Positions 54,270 through 63,719 of a DNA stretch of 64,000 bases are shown in pieces. The DNA is from an uncultured Nitrososphaeraceae archaeon (GTDB lineage: Archaea > Thermoproteota > Nitrososphaeria > Nitrososphaerales > Nitrososphaeraceae), in assembly GCA_963837175.1 (NCBI GenBank), contig CAWIMJ010000057.1, positions 160,001 to 224,000 of the forward strand. Direction: 5' to 3'. The translations under genes were made by a program, and so were the position numbers. The first letter of the stretch is position 1; the number at the start of each line of letters is the position of its first letter. Under the pieces are notes generated by a model. It saw nothing but the letters and a program-made list of their open reading frames with translations, searched no databases and was not told the origin of the DNA.

Positions 54270-54419
54270 TTGAATTTGACGTTCTTTTGCAAGCGCGGAA
54301 GGCATATTGATTGTCCAGGTGAATGGCCAGTGGATGATAGCTGTGGATTTAACCATGACTGTTCATTTGACGTTAAGATGACAAAATGTCTCTGTGACTG
54401 TCATAAGTTCCCAGAATAG
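54270..54419 (+). CDS. Cys/His-rich microprotein, 49 aa (MNLTFFCKRGRHIDCPGEWPVDDSCGFNHDCSFDVKMTKCLCDCHKFPE)
   Basis: TTG start, 7 Cys and 3 His, C-terminal CxCxCH; A-tract plus TTAAAT ~30 nt upstream. Confidence 0.7.
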   Translation: MNLTFFCKRGRHIDCPGEWPVDDSCGFNHDCSFDVKMTKCLCDCHKFPE

Positions 54420-54489
54420 GCTTTAAATAAGAGCCAAAAGAATACACAGACGCAAAAGGTTTAAAAATAATTTCTAGCTTGGTGTATCA

Positions 54490-54633
54490 ATGGAGTCATT
54501 TAATGCAAATAGATCTTGTTCTTTCTGCAATACTGTGATTAATGATGATAGAAGCATATGTGATGAGTGTATGATAACATACAATATCAAAACAAGTGAT
54601 CCTCATAATGACGGATGCGGCTGCAACACGTAG
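54490..54633 (+). CDS. Cys-rich microprotein, 47 aa (MESFNANRSCSFCNTVINDDRSICDECMITYNIKTSDPHNDGCGCNT)
   Basis: ATG start, CxxC-x10-CxxC plus terminal GCGC; BRE/TATA AAAAGGTTTAAAAA at 54454-54467. Confidence 0.75.
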   Translation: MESFNANRSCSFCNTVINDDRSICDECMITYNIKTSDPHNDGCGCNT

Positions 54634-54860
54634 TCAAACTAAGAACATTTCATTTTTTAATATCACACAATTTTTTTCTAGACTTGATCCTTAAATTCAT
54701 TCAACGAAAAAATGTCGTAAATTTGTTCAACTTGTCTGTTGAGCATTCCAATAAAGAAGAGACCTTTTAATTTAACGCAACAAAAATTGTGCTCTTTAAG
54801 GCGAACGTTATTTGAGTTCCTATATACTGGATATTACTATTTTATGCACACTACGAAGGT

Positions 54861-54933
54861 AGGGTCAGATATTTGGTATAAACTAATCATTTTTCTATTA
54901 GGAAATCATACAGCCACCACATCATCATACCCT
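54861..54933 (-). ncRNA. Box C/D methylation guide sRNA
   Basis: AGGG-T-ATGATGA (C)-TGTGGTGGCTGT-ATGA (D')-short hairpin-ATGATTA (C')-guide-CTGA (D)-CCCT; begins 4 nt after the DPCK stop. Confidence 0.8.
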
Positions 54934-54937
54934 GAAT

Positions 54938-55468
54938 TTAGTCCATTCCTATTCTATCCATTAAATCTTTAGCCTTCTTCCGGACTTTCGAATTGATTTT
55001 TACTACAACCAAACCTTCAGAGGGTTGTCCATACAGCAGAATAGATCCCTGTGGGACAATTAAGAAAAGTGGCAAGGCTAGTAAATCCTCTTCTCCTTCA
55101 ACTATGATTCTTACATTGGAAGACATACTCAACGCATCTTCTAGCACATCAACTGCATTCTTTGAAATAGTTCCTGCTTGATTAGAACATTTGAATTCTT
55201 TGAATATGATCTTCTCTACTTGATCCCCCTTCGAGGATGAATTATTGCTAGTAGCCCTTTTTATGCGTCTTTCTTTACCGTCAATAACTGAAACGTGTGG
55301 TATTATGTCGAAGGAAATTAAACGTTCAGTCGTAGCATCACCTACAGATATTATTTTCTTAGCATTTTTTAATATTGCATCTAGTCTGCTTTTGGTGATG
55401 TTTTTATCAAGAATGAGATCTCCAAAAGGTTCTTTTAAAATTCGGATACATTCAGGCGTGAGAGGCAT
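54938..55468 (-). CDS. GTP-dependent dephospho-CoA kinase (DUF359)
   Basis: LKEPFG, SVGDAT, IDGKERR, NQAGTI, VEGEEDLLALP, YGQP; probable start MPLTP at 55468. Confidence 0.9.
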   Translation of the reverse strand: MPLTPECIRILKEPFGDLILDKNITKSRLDAILKNAKKIISVGDATTERLISFDIIPHVSVIDGKERRIKRATSNNSSSKGDQVEKIIFKEFKCSNQAGTISKNAVDVLEDALSMSSNVRIIVEGEEDLLALPLFLIVPQGSILLYGQPSEGLVVVKINSKVRKKAKDLMDRIGMD

Positions 55469-56561
55469 TATGAGATTGCATTTGGTCAAATTCTGCTTCA
55501 TTTTTTTCCTCTGCATTCATCTCTGTGGCAATTACACTTATTCGTCCTGCCACTGTCTTGGCGACGTTGATAAATGCATGAGATTGCATAGAATCAGGTT
55601 CAGATATTGTAATAGGTTTTCCATGATCGCTGCCTTCCATGATATGTGTATGAAGGGGGATTTCGCCAATAAAAGGTATATTGAATTGCTCGCTTACTCT
55701 CTGACCACCTCCCTTTCCAAATATGTGAATATGTTCGTTGCAATGAGGACACTGCAAGTAACTCATGTTTTCGATAACACCAACGATAGGAATATTTAAT
55801 TTATTGAACATGCCAACGGCCTTGACGGCGACGTTCATTGCCACTTCTTGAGGAGTTGTTACAATCAATATGCCTGTAATTGGAATCGTTTGTGCCATTG
55901 TCAATGGAGCATCTCCAGTACCCGGTGGTAAGTCAATAATTAAATAGTCCAGATCTCCCCAATTTACATCTGTAAGAAATTGCTTGACTATCCCTGATAC
56001 AATAGGCCCTCTGTAAATTCCTGCCTGCTGCGACTGCTCGTAGAAAAATCCCATGGATATTACTTTGACACCTGACATTATAGGTGGTTGGATTTTATTA
56101 TTAATTACTTGCGGTGATTCCTTTAATCCTAACATTAATGGTACACTTGGGCCATATACATCAGCATCTAATAATCCTACCTTTGCACCGGTCTTCGATA
56201 ATACAAGAGCCAAATTCACGGCTACAGTTGTCTTTCCTACTCCACCCTTTCCACTGGCTACTGCTAAAATATTCTTGACGCCAGGTAATAATTCGTCCAT
56301 TGATATAGCGCGACCCTCCATTACGCGTGCTGTTACCTTTAAATTAAGATTCTCAATTCCTAAACTGGCTACTGCATTCCTAACATCCTGTTCTATATCG
56401 CTGTTAAATGGGCAAGCAGGAGTGGTTAGCTCAAGTGTGAATGCAACCATACCATTATTTATTATAACGTCCTTTATCATACCCATAGATACGACGTCTT
56501 TATGCAGTTCTGGGTCTATAACCTTCTTTAAAGCACCAAAAACTTGGTCGACCGTAACCAT
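55452..56561 (-). CDS. mrp: Mrp/ApbC/Nbp35 Fe-S cluster carrier ATPase with N-terminal DUF59-like domain
   Basis: DPEL, TTPACP, SGKGGVGKT, DLPPGTGD, ENMS..CPHC. Confidence 0.94.
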   Translation of the reverse strand: MVTVDQVFGALKKVIDPELHKDVVSMGMIKDVIINNGMVAFTLELTTPACPFNSDIEQDVRNAVASLGIENLNLKVTARVMEGRAISMDELLPGVKNILAVASGKGGVGKTTVAVNLALVLSKTGAKVGLLDADVYGPSVPLMLGLKESPQVINNKIQPPIMSGVKVISMGFFYEQSQQAGIYRGPIVSGIVKQFLTDVNWGDLDYLIIDLPPGTGDAPLTMAQTIPITGILIVTTPQEVAMNVAVKAVGMFNKLNIPIVGVIENMSYLQCPHCNEHIHIFGKGGGQRVSEQFNIPFIGEIPLHTHIMEGSDHGKPITISEPDSMQSHAFINVAKTVAGRISVIATEMNAEEKNEAEFDQMQSHNASHA

Positions 56562-56642
56562 CCTTAAAAATTTGTTTTCACTGTATTTAAATCATTCACC
56601 TATAATATATTAAAACGGCCTGTTCTAGAAAATAATAGATTG

Positions 56643-57593
56643 TCAAGAAAAAATTTTCCTTACGTCTTGGAATCTTTTCCTTAGAGTAACGATGCTTGTG
56701 TCTCCTGCTACGGCTATCTGTGCTTGACTAACCTTCTCGTCTTCTTTGAGGCATGCGGCGTATAACACTGCAACTGCGAGTGCATTGGGATCTTTGCCAT
56801 GTGAGACAGGATTTTCTTTAATAGTGGTTAACATTTCAAGTGCCCTCCGATATGTCTTTTCACTTACTCTAGCCTTGCTCGCTATTTTCGCAAGATATAC
56901 GCTAGAGTCGATGACGGGGAGGTGAAGTTTCAAATGCCTTACCAATAGACGATAACATTTTCCTGCAAAAATTGAGTCAGTGTTTGCTGTTTCAGCGATC
57001 TCGTCAAGGGTTCTAGGAATGTTTAGCTCCCTACATGCTGCATAAACTGATGCGACAACTAACGCTCGGATTGATCGGCCTTTAATGATACGTTTGTCAA
57101 GCGCTTTACGATAGTTGTATGCCGATTTTTCTATCAACGCCTCATTTAATGACAATTTGTCCTTAACTGTTCCCATAATGGCAAAAGCATTTTTTAGGTT
57201 TCTATGGTAGCTCCTATTATTACTCGAAATCTTGTTCCATCTGCGCATTCGCTGTACCTTGCTCATTTGTTCTGGGCTAATGGCAGCGCCATTTGCGTCT
57301 ATATTAGAATACGATATGAAAGTAGATAGACCCATGTCGTGAAATGCTAAGGAAGTTGGCATTCCAGTCCTACTTTTACTTTCAATATCATCACCCGAGT
57401 AAACTCTCCATTCTGGTCCTAACGATTCTATATTGTCATGGATGACTACGCCACAGGTACTACAAACGATCTCACTAGTCTCGGCATCAAAAACGGTTGC
57501 CGTACTATTACACAATGAACAAACATCGTTACCCTTATCGGATTTTGGTTCAACTTGTAGCGAACGGTTAATGTTACTTGGTGACATTTTCAT
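56643..57593 (-). CDS. tfb: Transcription initiation factor IIB paralog
   Basis: Zn ribbon CSLC...CSTCG, GPEWR, KGRSI, YAACR, two cyclin repeats. Confidence 0.94.
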   Translation of the reverse strand: MKMSPSNINRSLQVEPKSDKGNDVCSLCNSTATVFDAETSEIVCSTCGVVIHDNIESLGPEWRVYSGDDIESKSRTGMPTSLAFHDMGLSTFISYSNIDANGAAISPEQMSKVQRMRRWNKISSNNRSYHRNLKNAFAIMGTVKDKLSLNEALIEKSAYNYRKALDKRIIKGRSIRALVVASVYAACRELNIPRTLDEIAETANTDSIFAGKCYRLLVRHLKLHLPVIDSSVYLAKIASKARVSEKTYRRALEMLTTIKENPVSHGKDPNALAVAVLYAACLKEDEKVSQAQIAVAGDTSIVTLRKRFQDVRKIFS

Positions 57594-57731
57594 TAGTAAT
57601 ACAATCTGTAGAATAAATATAAGCGATAGGTGTACTCCTTTGTCATAACTAACAACTTGTCACCATTTAAAGTACAAAAAAACTCAAGATAACACAATAT
57701 ATTTAACTGGTAGAAATAATAATAGTCTGAG

Positions 57732-58286
57732 ATGCCGCCTAAATTGTCTTCTAATAGTCTTTCAACTACCTCAACAAGGTCTTTTAGATTTGATGTGGAA
57801 TATTCAAAAATATTAGATGAGGAAGCGGAAAGAATGGGTATATCAGTAAACGCCCTAGTGGGAATTATCTTGAGAGGATATACAGAATTTACTCGGTATT
57901 TATCGAAAATTGATATGATTGTCGTAAATCGTGAATTCTTGACTTCATTACTTGAATGTAGTAATGAAGAAAGTCTCTACAACCTTGGCATGAAACTTGG
58001 CGAAACAGTTCCAATTGATACAATAATGTTTTGGAAGAAGGATTTGACTGAAAAGTCAGTCTTAGAATATATAGAAAAAATTATTTGCAGATATGGTCAT
58101 TTAGGAACATATGATGAAATTTCACAATCAGGTAGCAGGATTATCGTGATACGACATCGACTAGGACGAAAAGGTTCCAAATTCTTTGAAGGATATCTTC
58201 GATCTACTTTAAAAAATACTATAGGAAAAGATGCTAGTTTTGAAGTAACTGAATCCTCGATGAAGTTTGAAATATTATACACATAG
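57732..58286 (+). CDS. Putative ribbon-helix-helix regulator with C-terminal sensor-like domain
   Basis: TRSFRFD...LDEEAERMGISVNALV RHH pattern. Confidence 0.65.
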   Translation: MPPKLSSNSLSTTSTRSFRFDVEYSKILDEEAERMGISVNALVGIILRGYTEFTRYLSKIDMIVVNREFLTSLLECSNEESLYNLGMKLGETVPIDTIMFWKKDLTEKSVLEYIEKIICRYGHLGTYDEISQSGSRIIVIRHRLGRKGSKFFEGYLRSTLKNTIGKDASFEVTESSMKFEILYT

Positions 58287-58367
58287 AGCAGTGAGTTCTA
58301 TCAAGCTATCGTTATTCTAATCAAAAGGTTCATAAATTGATGTTTCGATCAACAGCCTACATACATT

Positions 58368-58967
58368 ATGTTTTCGATAGTACATATGAGTGACGTTGTA
58401 CGAATTCCACCAAATAGATTAACTGATTCTCTAAAGAATACAGCTATTGGAATACTAAAGGAAAAATACGAGAGCATGATAAGTCCAGATATAGGTTATA
58501 TTATTATGATTATTGATGCTACAGCTAATGGGATAGGTAAACTACTAGCTGGCGATGGTGCGACTTATCATAAAGTTAACTTCAAGGCATTAACTTTTTT
58601 TCCAAAATTGCAAGAAGTAGTTGAAGGCGAGGTCGTAGAGATCACAGACTTTGGAGCCTTCGTCAGGATCGGGCCGACTGATGCTCTGCTTCATTTATCA
58701 CAAATAACTGATGATTATTTGAAGAGCGATGTGAAACAAGGTGTAATTATAGCTAACCAATCGGCAAAAACATTAAAAATAGGTTCGAGAATAAGAGCGA
58801 GAGTTACAGCTATAAGTCTGGGAAAAGGAGCAGCTATGGGAAAAATTGGTATAACCTGTCGCCAACCTTTTCTTGGTGCAAGTGAATGGATAGAGCAGGA
58901 GGTAAAGAAGGCTAATCAGCCTACTACTCCTTCGCCAGTAAAAGAGAAGAAAGGAGGAGGTAAATAA
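58368..58967 (+). CDS. rpo7: RNA polymerase subunit Rpo7 (RpoE')
   Basis: DVVRIPP, GDGATY, S1 domain FGAFVRIGPTDALLH. Confidence 0.96.
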   Translation: MFSIVHMSDVVRIPPNRLTDSLKNTAIGILKEKYESMISPDIGYIIMIIDATANGIGKLLAGDGATYHKVNFKALTFFPKLQEVVEGEVVEITDFGAFVRIGPTDALLHLSQITDDYLKSDVKQGVIIANQSAKTLKIGSRIRARVTAISLGKGAAMGKIGITCRQPFLGASEWIEQEVKKANQPTTPSPVKEKKGGGK

Positions 58968-58969
58968 TA

Positions 58970-59158
58970 GTGCCCAAAGAGGTTGCGTGTAAAAAATGCA
59001 AGGCGATAACCATCGGGAAGGTTTGTCCAGTATGTAAGTCGTCTGATCTCACTCCAGACTGGTCCGGAATAATTCTTGTCTTTGATCCGTTGAAATCGCA
59101 GATAGCGAACACCCTTGAGATTACTACTCCTCATAAGTATGCACTTAAAGTCTCATAA
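58970..59158 (+). CDS. spt4: Transcription elongation factor Spt4 (RpoE'')
   Basis: ACKKC..CPVC..DWSG..YALKV; follows rpo7. Confidence 0.94.
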   Translation: MPKEVACKKCKAITIGKVCPVCKSSDLTPDWSGIILVFDPLKSQIANTLEITTPHKYALKVS

Positions 59159-59163
59159 TTACA

Positions 59164-60027
59164 ATGAAGAATTTACGGGAGTTTCTGAATGTTAGAGAAT
59201 CTCTCATAATGTTCTTGCGTGAAGACATCGGGAGTGGCGACGTTACCACTAATTGCCTTATTCCAGCCGATATAGATAGTGAAGCACAGATCGTATGTAA
59301 AAATAATAAGCCAGCAGTCGTATGTGGTCTTGAAGAAGCGGCTTTAGTATTTGATCTTTGTGGCTGCAATACAAAAACTTTGGTTTCTGATGGATTTTGG
59401 GTTCAAAATGGCACGCTTGTAATGACAATAGAAGGAAAGACACGTTCTATTCTAAAGGGCGAGAGAACAGCCTTAAACTTGTTAATGAGAATGAGTGGTA
59501 TCGCATCCGAGACCAGATTCATTAGGGACGTAATTGAAGATTTGACCTATTCTGTTACAGTTGCCAGCACTCGGAAAACAGCACCAGGTTTAAGATATTT
59601 CGATAAAAAAGCTGTGACAATAGGTGGAGGAGACAGCCATAGAATACGGTTGGATGACATGGTCTTGATAAAGGATAATCATCTTGCAATTACGGGCTCC
59701 GTAAGAAAATCTGTAGAAATAGCAAAAGAGAAGGTAGGCTCCTCACTAGCCATAGAATGTGAGTGTAAGAATTTCAATGAAGTTATTGAAGCCATAACTG
59801 CTGGGGTAGATATTGTCATGCTTGACAACTTTCCTCCAGCGGAAGCAGCTAAAACAATGAAAGAAATTTCAAGAATGGGACTTCGAAAAAAGTTAAAGCT
59901 AGAAATCTCAGGAGGAATAAACATACGGAACATACGAGACTATGCAAAAGAACTACCTGACATCATCTCCATTGGATTCCTTACTCATTCTTCACAGGCC
60001 ATCGATTTTAGTCTAGAAATAATATAA
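59164..60027 (+). CDS. nadC: Quinolinate phosphoribosyltransferase
   Basis: EDIGSGDVTT, STRKTAPG, IKDNH, MLDN, SGGI. Confidence 0.96.
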   Translation: MKNLREFLNVRESLIMFLREDIGSGDVTTNCLIPADIDSEAQIVCKNNKPAVVCGLEEAALVFDLCGCNTKTLVSDGFWVQNGTLVMTIEGKTRSILKGERTALNLLMRMSGIASETRFIRDVIEDLTYSVTVASTRKTAPGLRYFDKKAVTIGGGDSHRIRLDDMVLIKDNHLAITGSVRKSVEIAKEKVGSSLAIECECKNFNEVIEAITAGVDIVMLDNFPPAEAAKTMKEISRMGLRKKLKLEISGGINIRNIRDYAKELPDIISIGFLTHSSQAIDFSLEII

Positions 60028-60169
60028 AGGCTATAAGATATAAAACAAATTGTATTAGATCGCCTATTAATAAGAATAAAGGTTGCTCTTCTGCTTATCG
60101 CTGGAGGTGGTGTTGGAATGCATTTGAAGAGGCCAAGTTTCAGTGAAAAGCCTGTCTAGTAGTAACCCT

Positions 60170-61120
60170 TCATGATAGTTTCAACATACGTTCAATAGCT
60201 ATTCTTGCTTTTTCTGCTATTTTGGAGGGAACCTTAACTTCATATATATTATTGACTAGAGAATTATGAACCTTGTTTAGATTGATCTTTTTCATATACT
60301 TACAAACTGCGTCATTTTTTATTGGAATGAATGTTTTATCAGGATTCTCTTTAATCATTCTATGGAGAATTCCTGTCTCTGTAGCAATTACAAATTGACT
60401 TGAAGTAGATTTTTTGGCATGATTCATCATCCCTTCGGTCGATAAAATGTAACCAGATTTTATCAATTCACCTGTTGACATATGGTATAGCGCCGATGAC
60501 GTACAACTGCATTCTGGATGAATTAAAAAATCTGCATCTTTGAAAGTTGTAAGCATTTTATTAATATCTTCCGCCTTGATTCCCGCGTGGACATGACATT
60601 CTCCAGGCCAAATAAACATGTTCCTTCTTTTGGTCACATCAGCAACGTACGAGCCAAGAAACATATCAGGCAAAAATAAAATTTCTTTATCTTTTGGAAT
60701 GCTGCTAACTATTTTAACAGCATTTGAAGAAGTGCAACAGTAATCTGATAATGCCTTTACTTCAGCAGTAGTGTTAACATAACTAACAACTATGGCATTT
60801 GGATGCTCTTTAATCCATAGTTTTAGCTCCTCGGCATTAATAGTGGAGGATAGAGAACAACCGGCTTCTAAATCAGGAATAAAGACTTTTTTATCTGGAC
60901 AGATAATCGAAGCAGTTTCAGCCATAAAATGTACGCCGCAGAAGACAATATTCTCAGCGTCTGTATCCGCAGCATGTCTTGAAAGTGCTAGTGAATCTCC
61001 TATAAAATCTGCTACATCCTGTACTTCCGGCAACTGATAATTGTGTGCAAGCACAATCGCATTCTTTTCTTTCTTTAAAGCAATAATCTCCTTTGCGTAA
61101 GTTCTATCTTGTAGCATCAT
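60170..61120 (-). CDS. nadA: Quinolinate synthase
   Basis: AHNYQ, CGVHFMAE, AGCSL, GECHVH, HPEC, CKYMK. Confidence 0.96.
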   Translation of the reverse strand: MMLQDRTYAKEIIALKKEKNAIVLAHNYQLPEVQDVADFIGDSLALSRHAADTDAENIVFCGVHFMAETASIICPDKKVFIPDLEAGCSLSSTINAEELKLWIKEHPNAIVVSYVNTTAEVKALSDYCCTSSNAVKIVSSIPKDKEILFLPDMFLGSYVADVTKRRNMFIWPGECHVHAGIKAEDINKMLTTFKDADFLIHPECSCTSSALYHMSTGELIKSGYILSTEGMMNHAKKSTSSQFVIATETGILHRMIKENPDKTFIPIKNDAVCKYMKKINLNKVHNSLVNNIYEVKVPSKIAEKARIAIERMLKLS

Positions 61121-61147
61121 TTTAGATTGATAACAATTACTAGATCC

Positions 61148-61173
61148 TTGCTACTACATTTAAAGTAGTACAA
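61148..61173. promoter_or_regulatory. Palindrome TTGC-TACTAC-ATTTAAA-GTAGTA-CAA around a TATA-like core upstream of nadA
   Basis: Seen directly, 28-53 bp upstream of the nadA ATG; role inferred. Confidence 0.5.
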
Positions 61174-61337
61174 TCGAGGACAGCTTTGCCTTCACTATCA
61201 AGATTTTGGGCAATACTTGCCACATGAGATGACCATTCATAAAACACTATCCAGTAAGAGCAAATATGCATTTATTAATCACTATTCTAGTAATACATAT
61301 ATAAAACACGCAAACACAATGTTAGTGAGCGAAATAT

Positions 61338-61517
61338 ATGCCAACACATGGATCATTAACCAAGGCTGGTAAAGTGAGAGGTCAGACACCAAAAATCCAA
61401 GGTAGGCCTAGATCTAGTCTCGTTTCGAAATCGCGTAACAAGAACAATTTTATTAAACGTTTTGAGAAAAGAAGGCCCCCTGGACAGAAAAAACCAGAAC
61501 GGCGTGGTAGAAGATAG
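61338..61517 (+). CDS. rps30e: 30S ribosomal protein S30e, 59 aa (not in ORF track)
   Basis: [19 protein letters not shown]. Confidence 0.96.
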   Translation: MPTHGSLTKAGKVRGQTPKIQGRPRSSLVSKSRNKNNFIKRFEKRRPPGQKKPERRGRR

Positions 61518-61734
61518 CTACGCGCCATGAAAGCGGCTTGATTTTGTCTTGTATACACGTATTGGGATAGCTACTTGAGAGTATAACCGCTTTTCTATGA
61601 ATTCGTTTTCAAATTATTTTGGATATTATAGAGTCGTAGCCTGGAAAATTTTGAAATCGTATTATTTTTATCTGGCTGAATAGTTTCCAGGCAACTTAAT
61701 ATCATAATATCTAATAGATCTATATGATAACAAA

Positions 61735-62574
61735 TTGTTTAGGAATGTTGGACTCATAGGCTGTGGAACAATAGGTAGTGAACTTGCTCTTGTTATTGAT
61801 AGTGGTAAGATAAAGAAAGCGGCATTGGTATCGCTTTATGATGAGGTTGAGAATGTAGTGGTTGAATTAAAATCAAAATTACAAAATAATAATACAAAAA
61901 CATTTTCCAATTTCTCCCAATTCATTTCTTCTCCTGCCTTTGCAAATGCAGATATAATAATTGAAGCCGCTTCCCAAGACGCGGTGAGAAAATTTGCGAA
62001 AATTATAATTCAATCTGGTAAAGATTTGATTATAATGAGCATCGGTGCTCTTGCAGAAGCTAACCTTCTTCATGAATTATTAGATATTGCTTCTAAAAAG
62101 GAAGTTCATATTTATGTTCCTAGCGGCGCTGTAGCAGGAATTGATGCTATTCGGAGTGTTAAGCATTTATTAAACTCTGTGACAATTACTACGACAAAAA
62201 ATCCAAAGGCTTTAGCAGGTGCGCCTTTTTTTGAAAAAACAAGAAATAAACTAGAGACAATAACTCACAAAACGTTAATCTATGAAGGAACAGCAAGAGA
62301 TGCTGTAAAAAATTTTCCTGCAAACGTTAATGTTGCAGCCGTTCTAAGCTTGGCGGGAGTAGGTATGGACGAAACAAAAGTCAAAATTATAGCAGATCCG
62401 AACGCTTCAGTAAATCAACATGAAATCCTTGCAAATGGAAAATTCGGTGAAATCAATATTGTTGTTCGAAACACGCCTAGTCCAAGTAACCCCAAGACAA
62501 GTTACCTTGCCATTCTTTCTGCAGTGGAGTGCCTACGCTCAATATGTGATGATAATTTAAGAATTGGAACATGA
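61735..62574 (+). CDS. nadX: L-aspartate dehydrogenase
   Basis: GCGTIG, EAAS, PSGAVAGID, FPANVNVA, NPKTS; near nadA/nadC. Confidence 0.93.
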   Translation: MFRNVGLIGCGTIGSELALVIDSGKIKKAALVSLYDEVENVVVELKSKLQNNNTKTFSNFSQFISSPAFANADIIIEAASQDAVRKFAKIIIQSGKDLIIMSIGALAEANLLHELLDIASKKEVHIYVPSGAVAGIDAIRSVKHLLNSVTITTTKNPKALAGAPFFEKTRNKLETITHKTLIYEGTARDAVKNFPANVNVAAVLSLAGVGMDETKVKIIADPNASVNQHEILANGKFGEINIVVRNTPSPSNPKTSYLAILSAVECLRSICDDNLRIGT

Positions 62575-62708
62575 GTACTAATCTCTAATACATTGAGATC
62601 AAACAGTACAAGTAAATAAAATGATTGTGGTGAAAACGCATCAGCTAATAAGTTATTTTTTGACAGTTTATATAGGGCTATTATCAGTCTTGGATCAAGG
62701 TATTAAGA

Positions 62709-62984
62709 ATGAGTTACGGAGGATTCAGAAGAAACGACAACTTTGGACCAAAACCAGTTGAAACAGGTAAAGAATATGATGTACAGATCACAGAAGTAAG
62801 TCGAAAGGGAGACGGTATCGCACGGATACAAGGATTTGTAATCTTTGTTAAAAACGGCAAGGTAGGACAAAACGCAAAGATTCGTGTAGTTCAAGTAGGA
62901 AACAGATTCGCTACAGCTGAAATAGTAGACAGTGCAACAGCTACTTCATCTTCAACCACTGCCACCGAACCGACTACTAGTTAA
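62709..62984 (+). CDS. Single TRAM-domain RNA-binding protein
   Basis: PKPVETGKEY...GDGIARIQGFVIFV. Confidence 0.92.
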   Translation: MSYGGFRRNDNFGPKPVETGKEYDVQITEVSRKGDGIARIQGFVIFVKNGKVGQNAKIRVVQVGNRFATAEIVDSATATSSSTTATEPTTS

Positions 62985-63540
62985 TTATTCCCTAAAAGGG
63001 AAGATGGTAAGGGGCTTTTTTTGTATTTTATTGAACAATTATTTAAGTTCATCGTCCCATAAGTATTTTTCATTAACTATTGTAGATTGCATAAATTATT
63101 ATTAATTTTACGAGTGTTAGTAGTAAGGCAACAACAGAATGTGTATTAACTAGATAATAGTTTAATTTTTTAACGTTTGTCATCAATATCGCTTTCGTAT
63201 TTTCGATATTTTATGTTTGAACTAAATGTTTTCTAATAGTATTAAAAAATTACGGATATAAAAACAATTAAGAGTGAATTTGGTAGCATCTTTGACAAGA
63301 GAATTCAATCTCTAAAATTAATGTACCCTATAAAAGGTCTGAAGGATGAAGATTATGTCATGATGAAGAATAATGTTGAATATATTTAATCTATGACGAA
63401 ACTATAATAGATAAGCCTAGGGTAGGTCTTAAATAATCTTGATACATGTACTGGTTCTAGCTATGTACTAGCAATATCGCTAATATCTTGTTTTGAACTA
63501 GACTAACACTTAAAAATAAGTCTAAATAGTGATCCAATGT

Positions 63541-63699
63541 ATGGCTGCCCGAAAGAAAACGTCTACAAAGAAACGACTGGTAAAACGCACTAGACAGAAT
63601 AGACCGGTGCCAGCCTGGATAATAATCAGAACACACAGACATGTAAGGACTAATCCAAAGCGAAGACTATGGCGTAGATCAGATGTAAATGTAGGATAA
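63541..63699 (+). CDS. rpl39e: 50S ribosomal protein L39e, 52 aa (not in ORF track)
   Basis: QNRPVPAWI...NPKRRLWRR. Confidence 0.95.
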   Translation: MAARKKTSTKKRLVKRTRQNRPVPAWIIIRTHRHVRTNPKRRLWRRSDVNVG

Positions 63700-63719
63700 A
63701 TCGAGGTGTTGTAACAAAA

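Noticed and set aside
60061-60168. GC-richer stretch between convergent nadC and nadA that folds and also reads VALLLIAGGGVGMHLKR
   Set aside because: No start codon in frame and no diagnostic RNA motif; cannot distinguish a gene remnant from a structured RNA
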